Positions 35,830 to 47,061 of a stretch of DNA of 64,000 nt are shown one piece after another (the stretch's first letter is position 1; each line of letters opens with the position of its first letter). This stretch comes from Lama glama (lineage: Eukaryota): positions 17,486,001 through 17,550,000 of the forward strand of contig CM052817.1 in NCBI GenBank assembly GCA_028534125.1, written 5' to 3'. A program made the translations under genes and the position numbers. The notes beneath the pieces were generated by a model. The model made no database searches. It saw only the letters and a list, made by a program, of their open reading frames with translations, and was not told the origin of the DNA.

Positions 35830-37596
35830 CAAATTCAGGTCCCACGTCACTGGACTGTCCTACCAGTGTACACTTAAACAAAACAGTCTCTTTCCATATA
35901 CCCCCTTCCTGCCTCCACCCTTTCCTTTCACAGTGGATCCCACCCCATGTCTTATCTGTCTCCCATCCACAGTCTTCCATTCCTCTCCTTGAACCCACTC
36001 ACTTAGGCTTTTGTCCCCACCACGCCACAAATCGCTCTTATTAAGTCAACAGTGACCCTAATGATACTGAATCCCATGGTCAGCTTCCAGCCCTGTCTGT
36101 GCTTGACCTATCAACAAAATTCAACATCGGTGTTCACTCCTTCCTGGAATCCTTTTCTTCTGTTGAATTCCTCTTACATCCCTGACTGCTTCTCCCCATT
36201 GTCCTCAAACTCCAAAAGTCGAATCTACAAAGCTTGTCTTTCCTCTGTCCCTACTCACTCCATGCTCCTGCTATCTGTGAGCCCCAGGGACTTTCAGTTC
36301 TGTCTACTACCCAGACCTTTCTTTTGAACTGCAGATACTTATAACCAATTGCCCACTGGACCTCACTTAGACCGCCAATAGGATTCACAACCTCAATGTA
36401 TCCAAAAATGAAACTCCAGCCCCCCCCCCAGTGTTTTTCTCCCATGGTCTTCCCCATCTCAGTAAATGGAAATTCTATCTTTCCAGTTGCTCAGACCAAA
36501 GGTCTTGGTGTCATCTTTGGTTCTTCTCTTTTTTCCCACCCTACATCCAATCTGTCAACAAATCCAGTGGTATTACCTGAAAACAGATGTAAAACCCAAA
36601 ACTTTCTGGTTCCCTCTATTGGTAAAAGCCACCATCTTATCACATACGAATTACTTTAAAAGCATCCTAATTTCATCTAGCTTTGCCCCCTACAGTTTAC
36701 TCTCAATACAGCAGCCAGAATGAGATCCTGTTAACACAAGTCATAGCATGTCTCTGCTCTAAGTGTTCCAATAGTATACGGTCTTAGTCTGTTGGCACAA
36801 CTATAACAAAACATCACAGACCAGGTGGCTTATAAATGCCAGAAATTGATTTCTCACAGTTCTGAAGGCTGGAAGTTGCAGGTGAGTACCAGCATGGTCA
36901 GGTAAGGACTCTCTTCTGGGTCACAGACTTCTTGGTGGAAGGGATTGGGAGCTCTCTGGGGTCTCTTATAAGGGCATGAATTCATTCATGAGAGCTCTGC
37001 CCTCATGACCTAATCACCTCCCCAAAGCTCCACCTCCTGACACCATTACATTGGGCATTAGGATTCCAACATATGAATGAGGTTGGCAGGGGGGACAGAA
37101 ATATTCAGACCCTAGCCCACACCATCACATGCAGAATAAAAACCGAGTCTTCACCATAGCCTGCTAGGTCCTCCACATCTGGCCCGACACCTGGACCTTG
37201 TCTCCTGCTTTCCTCCCAGCTTACTCTATACGCACACTGACCTGACTGTCCTTCAAATGCCATGCTTCTACCCCGGGACCTTTCAACTTGCAAATTTCTC
37301 TGCTTTGGAATGTTCTTTCCAGAGATAGCGGACCTTTCTCCTCTTTCTGGCGTTTGTTCAAATACAAGGCCTTCCTTGACTACATCGGTAAAAATTTCCA
37401 CCCAAACCCCTGCCCTGCCTGTTTCTCTCACTTGCCTTATGTGTCTCTATAGGACCCACTATATCATTCAACTAATTGTTTTTGTACTGTGGGCCTCTCC
37501 CCACAAGACTCTAAGAGCCCTGAGGACAGAGATTTTATTTTTCCTTTTTCATCCACTGCTACATAGCCAGTGTCTAGATGTTTGTTGAATGAATTA
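35830..37596 (+). mobile_element. Long L2 LINE remnant including its 3' end, interrupted by an MLT1A LTR
   Basis: 'ctccttgaacccactc...ttttgtccccaccac...aagtcaacagtgaccct...aatcccatggtcag', 'ctcagtaaatggaaattctatctttccagttgctcagaccaaa', 3' end 'tgtttgttgaatgaatt'. Confidence 0.85.
36781..37110 (-). mobile_element. MLT1A-like MaLR LTR
   Basis: 'gtcttagtctgttggcacaactataacaaaa...tttctcacagttctgaaggctggaag...ccctcatgacctaatcacctcccaaag'. Confidence 0.85.
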
Positions 37597-37856
37597 AGCT
37601 GGGATCCGGCATCTGAGAGGTAAAAGTCTCGGCCACGTGACATGAGAAATCAGAGCACAGCGCTGAGAAGCAGGGGCTGCCCCGTGCTTGTCTTGTTGGT
37701 TCATCGCACAGGAATCCACTGTCCCCCAGCTGTCACATGACACAACTGAGAGCTACTTGAGGGTGACGGCTGTGTTTTATCATCCCTGCACTGTTTTTTC
37801 CAGCTTTACCAAGGTATAATTGACAAATAAAATTGCGCCTATTTAAAGTATACAAC

Positions 37857-38230
37857 ATATGTGGAATCCAAAAAGAAAAAGAAAAGATAAAAAGGACACT
37901 ATGAACTCATCTACAAAACAGAAACAGACTCGTAGACATAGTAAACAATCTTATGGTTACCGGGGCAAGGGGGTGGGAAGGGATAAATTTGGGAGTTTGA
38001 GATTTACAAGTGTTCACCACTATATATAAAAATAGATTTTTAAAAGTTTCTTCTGTATAGCACAGGGAACTATGTTCAATATCTTGTAATAATCTTTAAT
38101 GAAAAAGAACATGAAAACAAATATATGTATGTGTATGCATGACCAGGACATTGTGCTGTATACCAGAAACTGACACATTGTAACTGACTGTACTTCAATT
38201 AAAAAAAAAAGAAAGATGAACAAAAAAAAA
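37857..38230 (+). mobile_element. Camelid-type L1 3' end
   Basis: 'atatgtggaatc...gaactcatctacaaaacagaaacagactc...ctgtatagcacagggaactatgttcaatatcttgtaataa...gactgtacttcaatt' plus an A tail. Confidence 0.92.
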
Positions 38231-39349
38231 GTGATCAAGATGATGATGTCACACATGTCATACTTGTATCACTTTGTTCTCTTACTCCACAGCACAGAGC
38301 CTGGAGCATAGGAATTGCTCAGTAAATATTTGCTGAATTTGTTAAAAAGCAAGAAAAGAGCTGAAAATAAGAGTCTGAAAGCACCCATGACCAGCTTTGT
38401 CTATTTCCCCGTTTCGCCTTGAGCCAGCTGGATACTAAATTTATTCACTTATTTACTTAACCAGTCAACAAATGCAGCTTTGCAAAATCACGTGATTGTT
38501 ATTATTATAAACAGTGTTTCTCCAGAGGAAAACGCAAAGGCAGATTCCACGCATGTTTTCCCTGAAAGTGTTTTTCTCCCAAACAGAAACCTCAGTGCCC
38601 CCAATCCAATCAGCCCAGATCTCAAAGGCACTCTGTCTGGCCAAGCACAGGGCATTTTTTTCACTCCCTAGTCCCTGCTCCAGAATTTTGGAGAGCATCT
38701 CCCTGCTGAAAGGCGTCCCCCACCCCTGCAGTGCATTGCCGGCTGCTCACCAGCACAGCAGATGTGTGGTCACACACAATTAAGTGGGTGCAGGCCGTGA
38801 GCGGACAGCCGGCTTGAAGTATGCACGAGGGAGCCAACAAGCAAACAGTGGAAACCAGAGTGTGGGATTGCCGTGCCATCGCAGAAAAGGGAACTTGCTT
38901 GCTTCATTTCCCTGCGCTTCCTCGCAGCAGCGCGAACCATCCCACTTGTACCATCACCTTCTTTGCTATGTGAGTCGCCAAGAGATAGATGGAGATCTGC
39001 TCACCTGCCTGTTGGGTGAGGGCGCCACCCCTCACCATCACTGCAGCATTCTGCCAGCTTTTTGGTGTCGATGCCTGAGTGTGGTTTTGTTCTGGGAAGT
39101 TCAGTCTCAGTAGTTATTTTGGCCAACACTGTCTACTCGGGTTGAGAGCAGTTGGCTGCTGTTAATTCAAGTCTCTGTCTAGACGAAGAAATGCTTTCGG
39201 GGAAAATGAATCTTCCCCCTTCATATCGGCTCATTCCATCCCAGAGAAGTCTATTCCAACCATGGTTTGGGTCTGGGTCCATTTGGTTCTTTTGGGTTCC
39301 TTCTGCATTGTCCTATTTTGCACCAACAGTATGTGGTAGTAGTTAGGAT

Positions 39350-39915
39350 TATCTAAGTAAAAAGGACCAAACCTCACATGCAGCAACAGGCCTGATCTCA
39401 AATGCATTATTCTGATCTTCAATTAAGGGTGACTTTGACCCCCTCCAGGGGACATCTAGCAATATCTGAAGACATTTTTGACTGTGACAATCTAGGAGGA
39501 AAATGCTACTGGAATCTAGTGGGGAGAGGCCAGGGATGCTACTAAACTTCCTACAGGGCATAGGACAAACCCCACGATAAAGAATGATCGGCCCCAATGT
39601 CAATAGTATTGAGGTTGAGAAAGCCGGTGCCAAGTGAGAGAAGCCGACTCCAAAGGCTACATACTGTATAATTCCATTTATATGACATTCTGGAAAAGGC
39701 GAAGCTATAGGGAAAAAGAATACATCAGTGGTTGCCAGGAGCTGGGGCTGCAGAAAGGGGATTAGAACCTCTAAGGGACACAGGGAATTTGGGGGAGGAT
39801 GGAAATGCTTTCTGTCTTGATTATGCTGGTGGTTCATGTATGTATGTCTTTGTCAAAACACACAGGACTGTGCACTAAAAAGGGTAAATTTGACCTATGT
39901 AAATTATACCTGAAA
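39350..39915 (+). mobile_element. L1MB-type 3' fragment interrupted by MER20
   Basis: 'tctcaaatgcattat' [MER20] 'gccaagtgagagaagcc...catactgtataattccatttatatgacattctggaaaaggc'. Confidence 0.8.
39410..39628. mobile_element. MER20 hAT-Charlie MITE
   Basis: 'ccaggggacatctagcaatatctgaagacatttttgactgtgacaa...gaggccagggatgctactaaac...aatgtcaatagtattgaggttgagaaa'. Confidence 0.9.
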
Positions 39916-40269
39916 CAAACAAAACACAGCTCTGTTTGAAGCAAAGCCACTCTGGAGAAGGTTGGGGTGGGGTGGGGTGGGGCTGGGAGGACACAGCCAC
40001 CGAAAAATGAAAAACAGAGTTCAAAAGGACAAGAAAAGAAATAAAGGGAAACACAGAAAGACAGATTTGTGTTTGTTTTTCAAAAATTACTTTGTCAAAG
40101 TTAGTTATTTATCAAGTTACTTTGTTGTTATTGACCAAAAATTCTATAAAACAGCTTTATTGTGGTATAATTAGCATGCAATGAGCTTTACAAATTCAAA
40201 ATATATAATTTTTAACATTAATTTTTTAAACCTTTTTTTATTTTTGTGGGGAGGTAATTAGGTTATTTA

Positions 40270-40577
40270 TTTTTTTTTTTAGCTATATAAATTTTTTATT
40301 GAAGTATAGTCAGCTTACAATGTGTCAATTTCTGGTCTCAGCACAATGCTTCAGTCATACATGAACATACATATATTTGTTTTTATATTCTTTTTAACAG
40401 TAAGTCACTGTAAGATATTGACAAACCAACTTATTTACAAAACAGAAACAGACTCACAGACATAGAAAACAAACTTACGTTTACCAGGGTGCAAAGAGGG
40501 TGGGAAGGGATAAATTGAGAGTTTGCGATTTGCAGATACTGACTGATAGATATATATAGTAGATAACCAAGTTCATA
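40270..40577. mobile_element. 5'-inverted (twin-primed) camelid L1 3' end
   Basis: 40270-40420 is the minus-strand L1 terminus (poly T, 'ttgaagtatagtcagcttacaatg...gatattga'). It is joined at ~40421 to plus-strand upstream 3' UTR ('acttatttacaaaacagaaacagactcacagacatagaaaac...caagttcata'). Confidence 0.85.
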
Positions 40578-40670
40578 TTTATTTATTTATTTAAACGAAG
40601 GTACTGGGGACTGAACCCAGGACCTCACGCATGCTAAGCACATACTCTGCCACTGAGCTATACCCTTCCT
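40578..40670 (-). mobile_element. Vic-1-type SINE body (distal tail at ~40225-40270), inside an older L1M fragment (~40150-40800)
   Basis: 'ggtactggggactgaacccaggacctcacgcatgctaagcacatactctgccactgagctataccc'. Confidence 0.9.
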
Positions 40671-41082
40671 CATTGAAATGCATAATTTGACAAGCTTTAA
40701 CTTACATATATGTATCCCTGTTAAATAGTTACTGCAATCATAACGAAAATATCCATCATCCCCCAAATCTCCTGTTGTCCCTTTATAATCCTTCCCTCCC
40801 TGAAAAATCATAACAGTGCTCATGTCATAGGGTTGTTGGGAGAACTTAAATGAGATTCAAGCACAGAGGGAGCCTGCTTTATACCCTGGTTGCTTTATTC
40901 AGGTGGAGGAAGCTGTTGTGCAGTGGAGAAAACCGAGTAGCAGAGTGCCTGGATTCCATGCCCAGACTTACTGCTCGTTCTTGGTGCTGGGGTGGAATAG
41001 AGTTGAAGTGAACAGTGCAAATGTGCTCAGTAAATGCTTCTAGAGTGAGTGAATGCATCAGATCTGTGTGCCTAAAAATCTA

Positions 41083-41215
41083 TGGGGAGGGTATAGCTCA
41101 GTGTTAGAGTGCCTGCCTAGCACACACAAGGTGCCGGGTTCATAACCCCAGCACCTCCATTAAAATTAAATAAGTACAAAAAAAAAAGTACCTTCCACCT
41201 AAAAAAAGTTTTTTT
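41083..41215 (+). mobile_element. Vic-1-type SINE with TSD TAAAAATCTA
   Basis: 'ggggagggtatagctcagtgttagagtgcctgcctagcacacacaaggtgccgggttcataaccccagcacctcc'; TSD at 41073-41082 and 41216-41225. Confidence 0.9.
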
Positions 41216-41779
41216 TAAAAATCTAGCTTTAGAGACAAGAACAAACAGTGAAAGAAATAATGACAAAAGACGTTACATAATCACACGGCACTATATATAC
41301 AAGTGCATTTTCAGCACGAAACACACTCTTCTTCCTGAAATCCTTAAGTTAGTGGCTGGTCCCTCTGTTCACTCAGTTACCCAAACTGGAAAAACTCAGA
41401 TGCATCCTCAGCTTCCCATGATCCCTCAACTTTCCCTCTTGATGCTCCCACCCTCTCTTTATCTCCGCCCAAGTTCCAGCTCTCATCAAATCGTACAGAG
41501 ACCCCTGCAGTAGCCTCTTCTTTGGCCTTTCATCTCTTCAGAGCCTTTTCAGTTTCTGAAGGCTACAACTTTCCTAAAACACCTTGGTACCTCCCTGCTT
41601 CAAACCTCTGCTAACTTTCTGTTGTGCCTAATGTACAGTCCCACCTCTCTAAGTATAAAACTGAGTTTAGCTGGTCAGTCTCTACCCACACCTGAAGCTT
41701 TGACCATATCCATGCATTAACCATCCTCCAAATACATCACAATCATTCCTCTCCCCACATCTTTTTTTCTTGTTAATTT

Positions 41780-42330
41780 TTCAAAATTGTGGCAAAAGAA
41801 ACATATCATGAAATTTACTATTTAGCCATTTGTAAGTGTACAGTTCAGTAACGTTATGTACATTCACATTGTTATGCAACCATCACCACCATCCATCTCC
41901 AGAACTTTTCATCATCACAAACTGAAACTCTGAATCTCTTAAACAATAAATTCCCATTCTCCCTTCCTGCAGCCCCTGGCAACCTCCATTCTACTTTCTG
42001 TCTCTATGAATTTGACTACCTTATATAGTAGTCAAATATATATATAGTTCTTATATATATTATATAAATATAGTTCTACAATATTTGTCTTTTTGTGTCT
42101 GGCTTTTTTCACTTAGCATAATGGCTTCAAGTTTCATCTATGTTGTAACATATGTCAGAATTTCATTCCTTTTGAAGGCTGAAAAATATTGCATTGTCTG
42201 TATATGCTACACTTTGTTTATTCATTCATCGTCAATGGACATTGGGTTGTGTCCATCTTGCAGCAATTATGAGCAGTGCTGCTGGGAGCACTAGTACATG
42301 AGTGTCTGGTCAAGTCCTTACTTTCAGTTC
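41780..42330 (-). mobile_element. L1MB-type LINE-1 3' end
   Basis: 'catttgtaagtgtacagttcagt...catcaccaccatccatctccagaacttttcatc...tttcacttagcataatg'. Confidence 0.9.
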
Positions 42331-45169
42331 TTGTTCCCCATGTCTTTCAATACTACATGTTTCTTTGGGCTAGACAGTCAGCCCGGAGGCATCTCCTGCA
42401 CCGCTTCCTGGAGAACTCATATCCATCCATCAACGCTCCTTTCAAAAGTTCCTTTCCTGATTTGATCCAGAAGAGGTGGCCATGCCCTTCTCTGCACTCC
42501 TTCAGCCTCACGGACTATGCTCTCTTATAGCTCTTCCTTCACTGAATCACGGTATTTTGAGTGTCATTGTCTTCCTGCCTTACTAAACCATAATTTAGTG
42601 AAAAAGGGAGTGTATCTTGTTTACCTTTCTCCTCCAGATATCATGCCTCGCCCACTGTCAGAGCAGCATAAATATTTAAGAACAATTATTTTAGGAACTG
42701 CCTCTGGGTTCTTCAGGTCCAACCTCTACAGAGACTCAAGGAATATGAGTCAATGTTGACTTTCATTGTCCATTTGCTCCTGGAAGAGATCCAATACAAA
42801 GATCTGACCTTAGAAGCACTTTCTGGCTGCCACAGGGTCCTTATGTTCTTGGATATCTGAGAGGTGACACACAATGCTTCAACACTCTGAAATGCAACCT
42901 CCTTTGACCCCGTAATGCAGCTACCTACAAAGTCCTGATGGGAAGCCTCAAGCCAGCTGAACTTTCCTTTCCACCTTCAACCTGGCAACTCAGACCTTTC
43001 CACTTGTGCTCATCAAGGCTGAGGACCTGGGGAGCTGAGTGAGTTCAAGAGTTGAAGTGAACGCTCGACTTCAGAATTAGAAAGCATTTTCTCAGATCTT
43101 TGAACTACTCTGCTATGGTAAGTACAGTAGGCAAAGAATGTAGTATCATAGGAGAGCCATGGGAAACCTCAACGCCGGGCCATAGGTACCTTCCACCCTC
43201 AGCGTCCTCTTTTCCTGGCTCTGCTCCACCCCATCAGCTCTGCTTTTTCTTCCCAAATATCCTAGTGTGCACGCTTGGCCTCTTCCTCCTACATGATCTT
43301 GATTCTCAGAAAGGAGAAAGCATCTCACCTGCGGTGGGTGATAATGTGTCCAGCACATCACAGTGCACGGCATTCATTTCTCCATCCAGCCATTCATTTC
43401 CTTAGCCTTTTGTCCTCATGCTGGAGGCATCCAGGTATCTGCCCACATGTGAGAAGGGGAGCGCAGGGCACGCTGCCTCCCTAACTGGGGAAGCACATGC
43501 ACACGCGGGTGTACACACCATTTGAAGAAATTCATTCACTTCCTAATAAAGTTCAAGTGCTACAGTCCACTCACTTCGAGTCTGGAGTGTGTTGAGAAGT
43601 TCTGAGTGGGCTCCTAGGATAAGTTAACTCCTCTCCATGTCATAGTAACATTTAAAATAATCAGGACTACCCCACAGTCACCCTTCAGCCCTCAAAGAGT
43701 CCCTAAGATGCTCTTCCTCGAGTCCTATCTCAACCCCTTCCTAGCCCCTTTGCTTCTGGTTTTCTCTTCCTGCCCCTCTCACTCCACTCCATGATATGCC
43801 CTTAGGTGTCAGCCACTACCCACTTCACCGGCCCAATTGCCTGCTGGGGACAGAAGGGACTTGAGGTGGAAGAGGAGGGATACAATTTTAAGACAGAAGT
43901 CTGTTCTGATATTGGAATGCCTTAAAAAATATTCCAGGTATGTCTCCCAGTATACAAGGAAGTTGGCCAGCAGAGTTCCAGCACCTAAGTGTGACATAGA
44001 GGGTCTCCTTGGGTCACGTTACAATGATGTTCGAGTCCCTTAATCTTCCCAATCCAGAAAGTTGGGGGGAAAGGAGCCAGAGGTGAAGAAAAGCCGATAC
44101 TCTCCTCAGTGAGGATAAAGTAGAGGGAGATGCGTCACCTAGGCGACCACTACAGTTACCGTGAGGCCCCGAATTAAGGCAGTGACTCTTGGCTTCAGGC
44201 CTAAGAAATTGGGTGGTTGGAAAAGAAAAACTAGTGCAAGTTTTTGGAAAAGATAATGATCAGCTGGGCTATGCTGAGTTTGGGATGGCATCATCAACTC
44301 TCACCCGTTTCCCCGCTGTGCAAGCCCACTGGCTTTGTCCCTTCAGCTCTGTGTTCTGCATTGTAGTCTAAGTGATTGACCTGAGGGCAAACTGGTCAGG
44401 TCTGATCAAGGGCTTCTCTGTCCTCTTAGCTATAGCCCAGAGTCCTTCATGTGACCTAGCCTCCCTCACAGGCATTGCCCCTGTCCGCTCTCCATTCTAT
44501 TTGTTGACAGGCTCTCTTTCCTGGTGGATAATGAGTTACACGAAGGCAGGGAGTACATCTGTCTTGTTCGTAATGCTGTCTGCAATGCCTGTCATGTAGT
44601 GGGTTCTAGAGAGAGAGGACGGGAGAGAGGGGGAAAGAGTAGAAGAATGAAGACCATCCAACTGGAGATTCTAGCAGATAGTTTGAGCTATAAATTTGGA
44701 CCCAATTAGCATAAAGAGAGTAGATGAAGAAATGTAAATAAATGAATTTACACATAGTGAGAATAATGGTGGCTGGGAAACAATGACATTTCAGGTGGCC
44801 ACATGAATGAGGAAGGATAAGTAACCTCAAAGGAGGCTGTCTGAAGAGGAGCTGCCGATGACATAGGCAGGGGACCAGCCGAGAGCTTAAGGCAACACGA
44901 AGGAACGGCAAATGCTATCAAGACATAGGTGTGAGAAGGACTGAAAAGAGGCCTTGTTTACAGGCAACATGGGCTTAGAAGAACAAGTTAAATGACACAA
45001 AGTGGAGATGGTCGAACTGCAGAGCACGAAACACTCTATGAGATAGTCAAGATGGTTTCTTAAAAGAAAATCATCATTTTTTTTAAGTGTTGAGGAAGTT
45101 CTAGATTTAAAAAGTCTAAAGAGACTCACCACCACACTGTGTTTAACTGGATTCTGGTCTGGGGAAAAC

Positions 45170-46025
45170 ACTTTTTAAATCTCTACAGGTAGCTGTGTGG
45201 ATATCTGGAAGAAGAACTTTCAAGGAGAGGGAACAGTCAGGGCAAAGGCCCCCGAGGGGGATTGGCCGGGCTTTTTCAAGGAACAGCAAGGAGCCCAGTG
45301 TGGCTGGAGGTGGGTGAAAACGTTGTAAAGACAGTAGAAAGTAGAGACTCATCATAAAGACTTTGGACTTGAATCAATTTTCCACATGTTAAGTTTAAAA
45401 TGTCTATTTGATCTCAAAGTGGAGATGTTGAGGTGGCAGTTGGGTACACAAGTCTGAGGTTCAGGCGAGAAGCTGGGAAAGGATATAAAAATGTAGGAGT
45501 CCTCAGCTTATTAGATGATTTCAAAGCCAGGAGACTAAATGAGGTCACCAAGGGAATGAGCATAAAGAGAAAGTCCGAGGAGTGCGCACTGGGATGCTCT
45601 GATGCAAGAGGGCAGGGGAAGAGGTGGGACCTGCCAAGACAGCTCTGAAGGACCGCGTGGAGGAGGAGAACCCAGAAAAAGTAGTGGGGTGAAGCCAAGT
45701 GAGGACAGTGTCTCCAGCAGGAGGTGCTAGTGAGTCAAAGATGCGGCCTGAGACCTGAATTTATCCACTACAGACAGAGGGACCCCTGACGTTGATCTTG
45801 GCAGTCTAGGTGGAGTGAGGTCGGCAAACCCCAGGCCAGGTAGGGTGCAGGAGAGATTGGGAAAGGAGTAATTGGAAACCACAAGTACAGATAGCTGAAA
45901 CAGGAGCCTGGAAATGGGGTCACAGCCAGAGGGGAGGGGGGTCAAGAGAAGTTTTTGGCTTTTGGGTTTTTTTTTTCTGTTTTTGCTTTAAGATTGGAGA
46001 AAAGATATCCAGCTGTGTGCTGATG
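45170..46025 (-). mobile_element. L2 LINE fragment
   Basis: 'gagggaacagtcagggcaaaggccccg...ggaacagcaaggagcccagtgtggctggag', 'aagtggagatgttgaggtggcagttgg...aaagccaggagactaaatgaggtcaccaagggaatgag'. Confidence 0.85.
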
Positions 46026-47051
46026 GGACTGAGTGAGTGAATGAGCGAGTGAGTAACCCAAGGCAGACACTGGGTCAAGTGCAGGGTCTTGCCATAGGGG
46101 AGAGGCCTGAGCAGATTTAGAAACTGAGTCTCAGGTGATGGGTGATGCCCCCGGGGGGAGGAGAACACAGAGAGGTTGACATCAGAATCTGGCTTTTCTA
46201 ACAGCTGCTTTGCCTGGAGCCCAATTAAGGCAAAGATACAAATTCGCCCAGCCATGGCCCCATGAAGTCTGGCCTCAGGGCTGCAGCCCATTTGGAAAAC
46301 GTTTTAATTTCATTTGTGTGTTTTTTCAATTTGATTATTAAGTGCTGTTTGCACATGGACAGGGGGAAGGCCTGTTTTTATTCCCCGAGTCCCCTTCCTC
46401 CCTGGCCTGCATGCCTCCCTGGTGAGTAATGGGGAGGCTGCTTTTCTGGAACACAAGGGAAAACGTCCAGCAAATTGCAAAAGCATGTTCCTTCCTTGAA
46501 AAATCCTTTCACACTTGTTTTTTTTTTACTCCATTTGTAAAGTTCATGAAAAGCCTCCATAAATGTACTTTAAAAGGCCTTAACTTTCTTTGTTCTCCAT
46601 GTCGAACTTTCTGTTTCTCTCTTAAGGGGGTATGTAATTTAAAGGGCTAATAAACAAGACATAAAGCCGGAGGGGTGACTGGTGTGATGGAAGGAATGAA
46701 ACAAACTGTAGAAATGTCAGGGGTTTGCGGGGAGGGGGAAATTCCACCTGCATGTTCAGGAGGTAACAGCCTAGCACTTCCCCGCAACTCCTTAGATTTG
46801 CTTCTAAAGTTATTGACATTTAACGCAGGACCAGGGCAGCAGGGCAGACAGAAAGAGTGAAGTAATAAAGGTTCAGGAAGAGCGACAAATCCTTTTAGAC
46901 ACATTTCAGAGGCCTGAAATATAAGACAAGCAGGAGATGGGGAAGTAAGAAACAGTGTCGTCAAGAATTAGTGAAAAAAGTTCTTGCCTGAATGCTAAAG
47001 CGAGGTGTCATTTGGACAGAGAAACGCAGACAGTTCATAAGGGGATCCAGG

Positions 47052-47061
47052 CCATATAAGG
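47052..47061. promoter_or_regulatory. Perfect CArG box (SRF site) CCATATAAGG
   Basis: Exact CC(A/T)6GG match in a repeat-free block (~46.2-48.1 kb). Confidence 0.5.
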
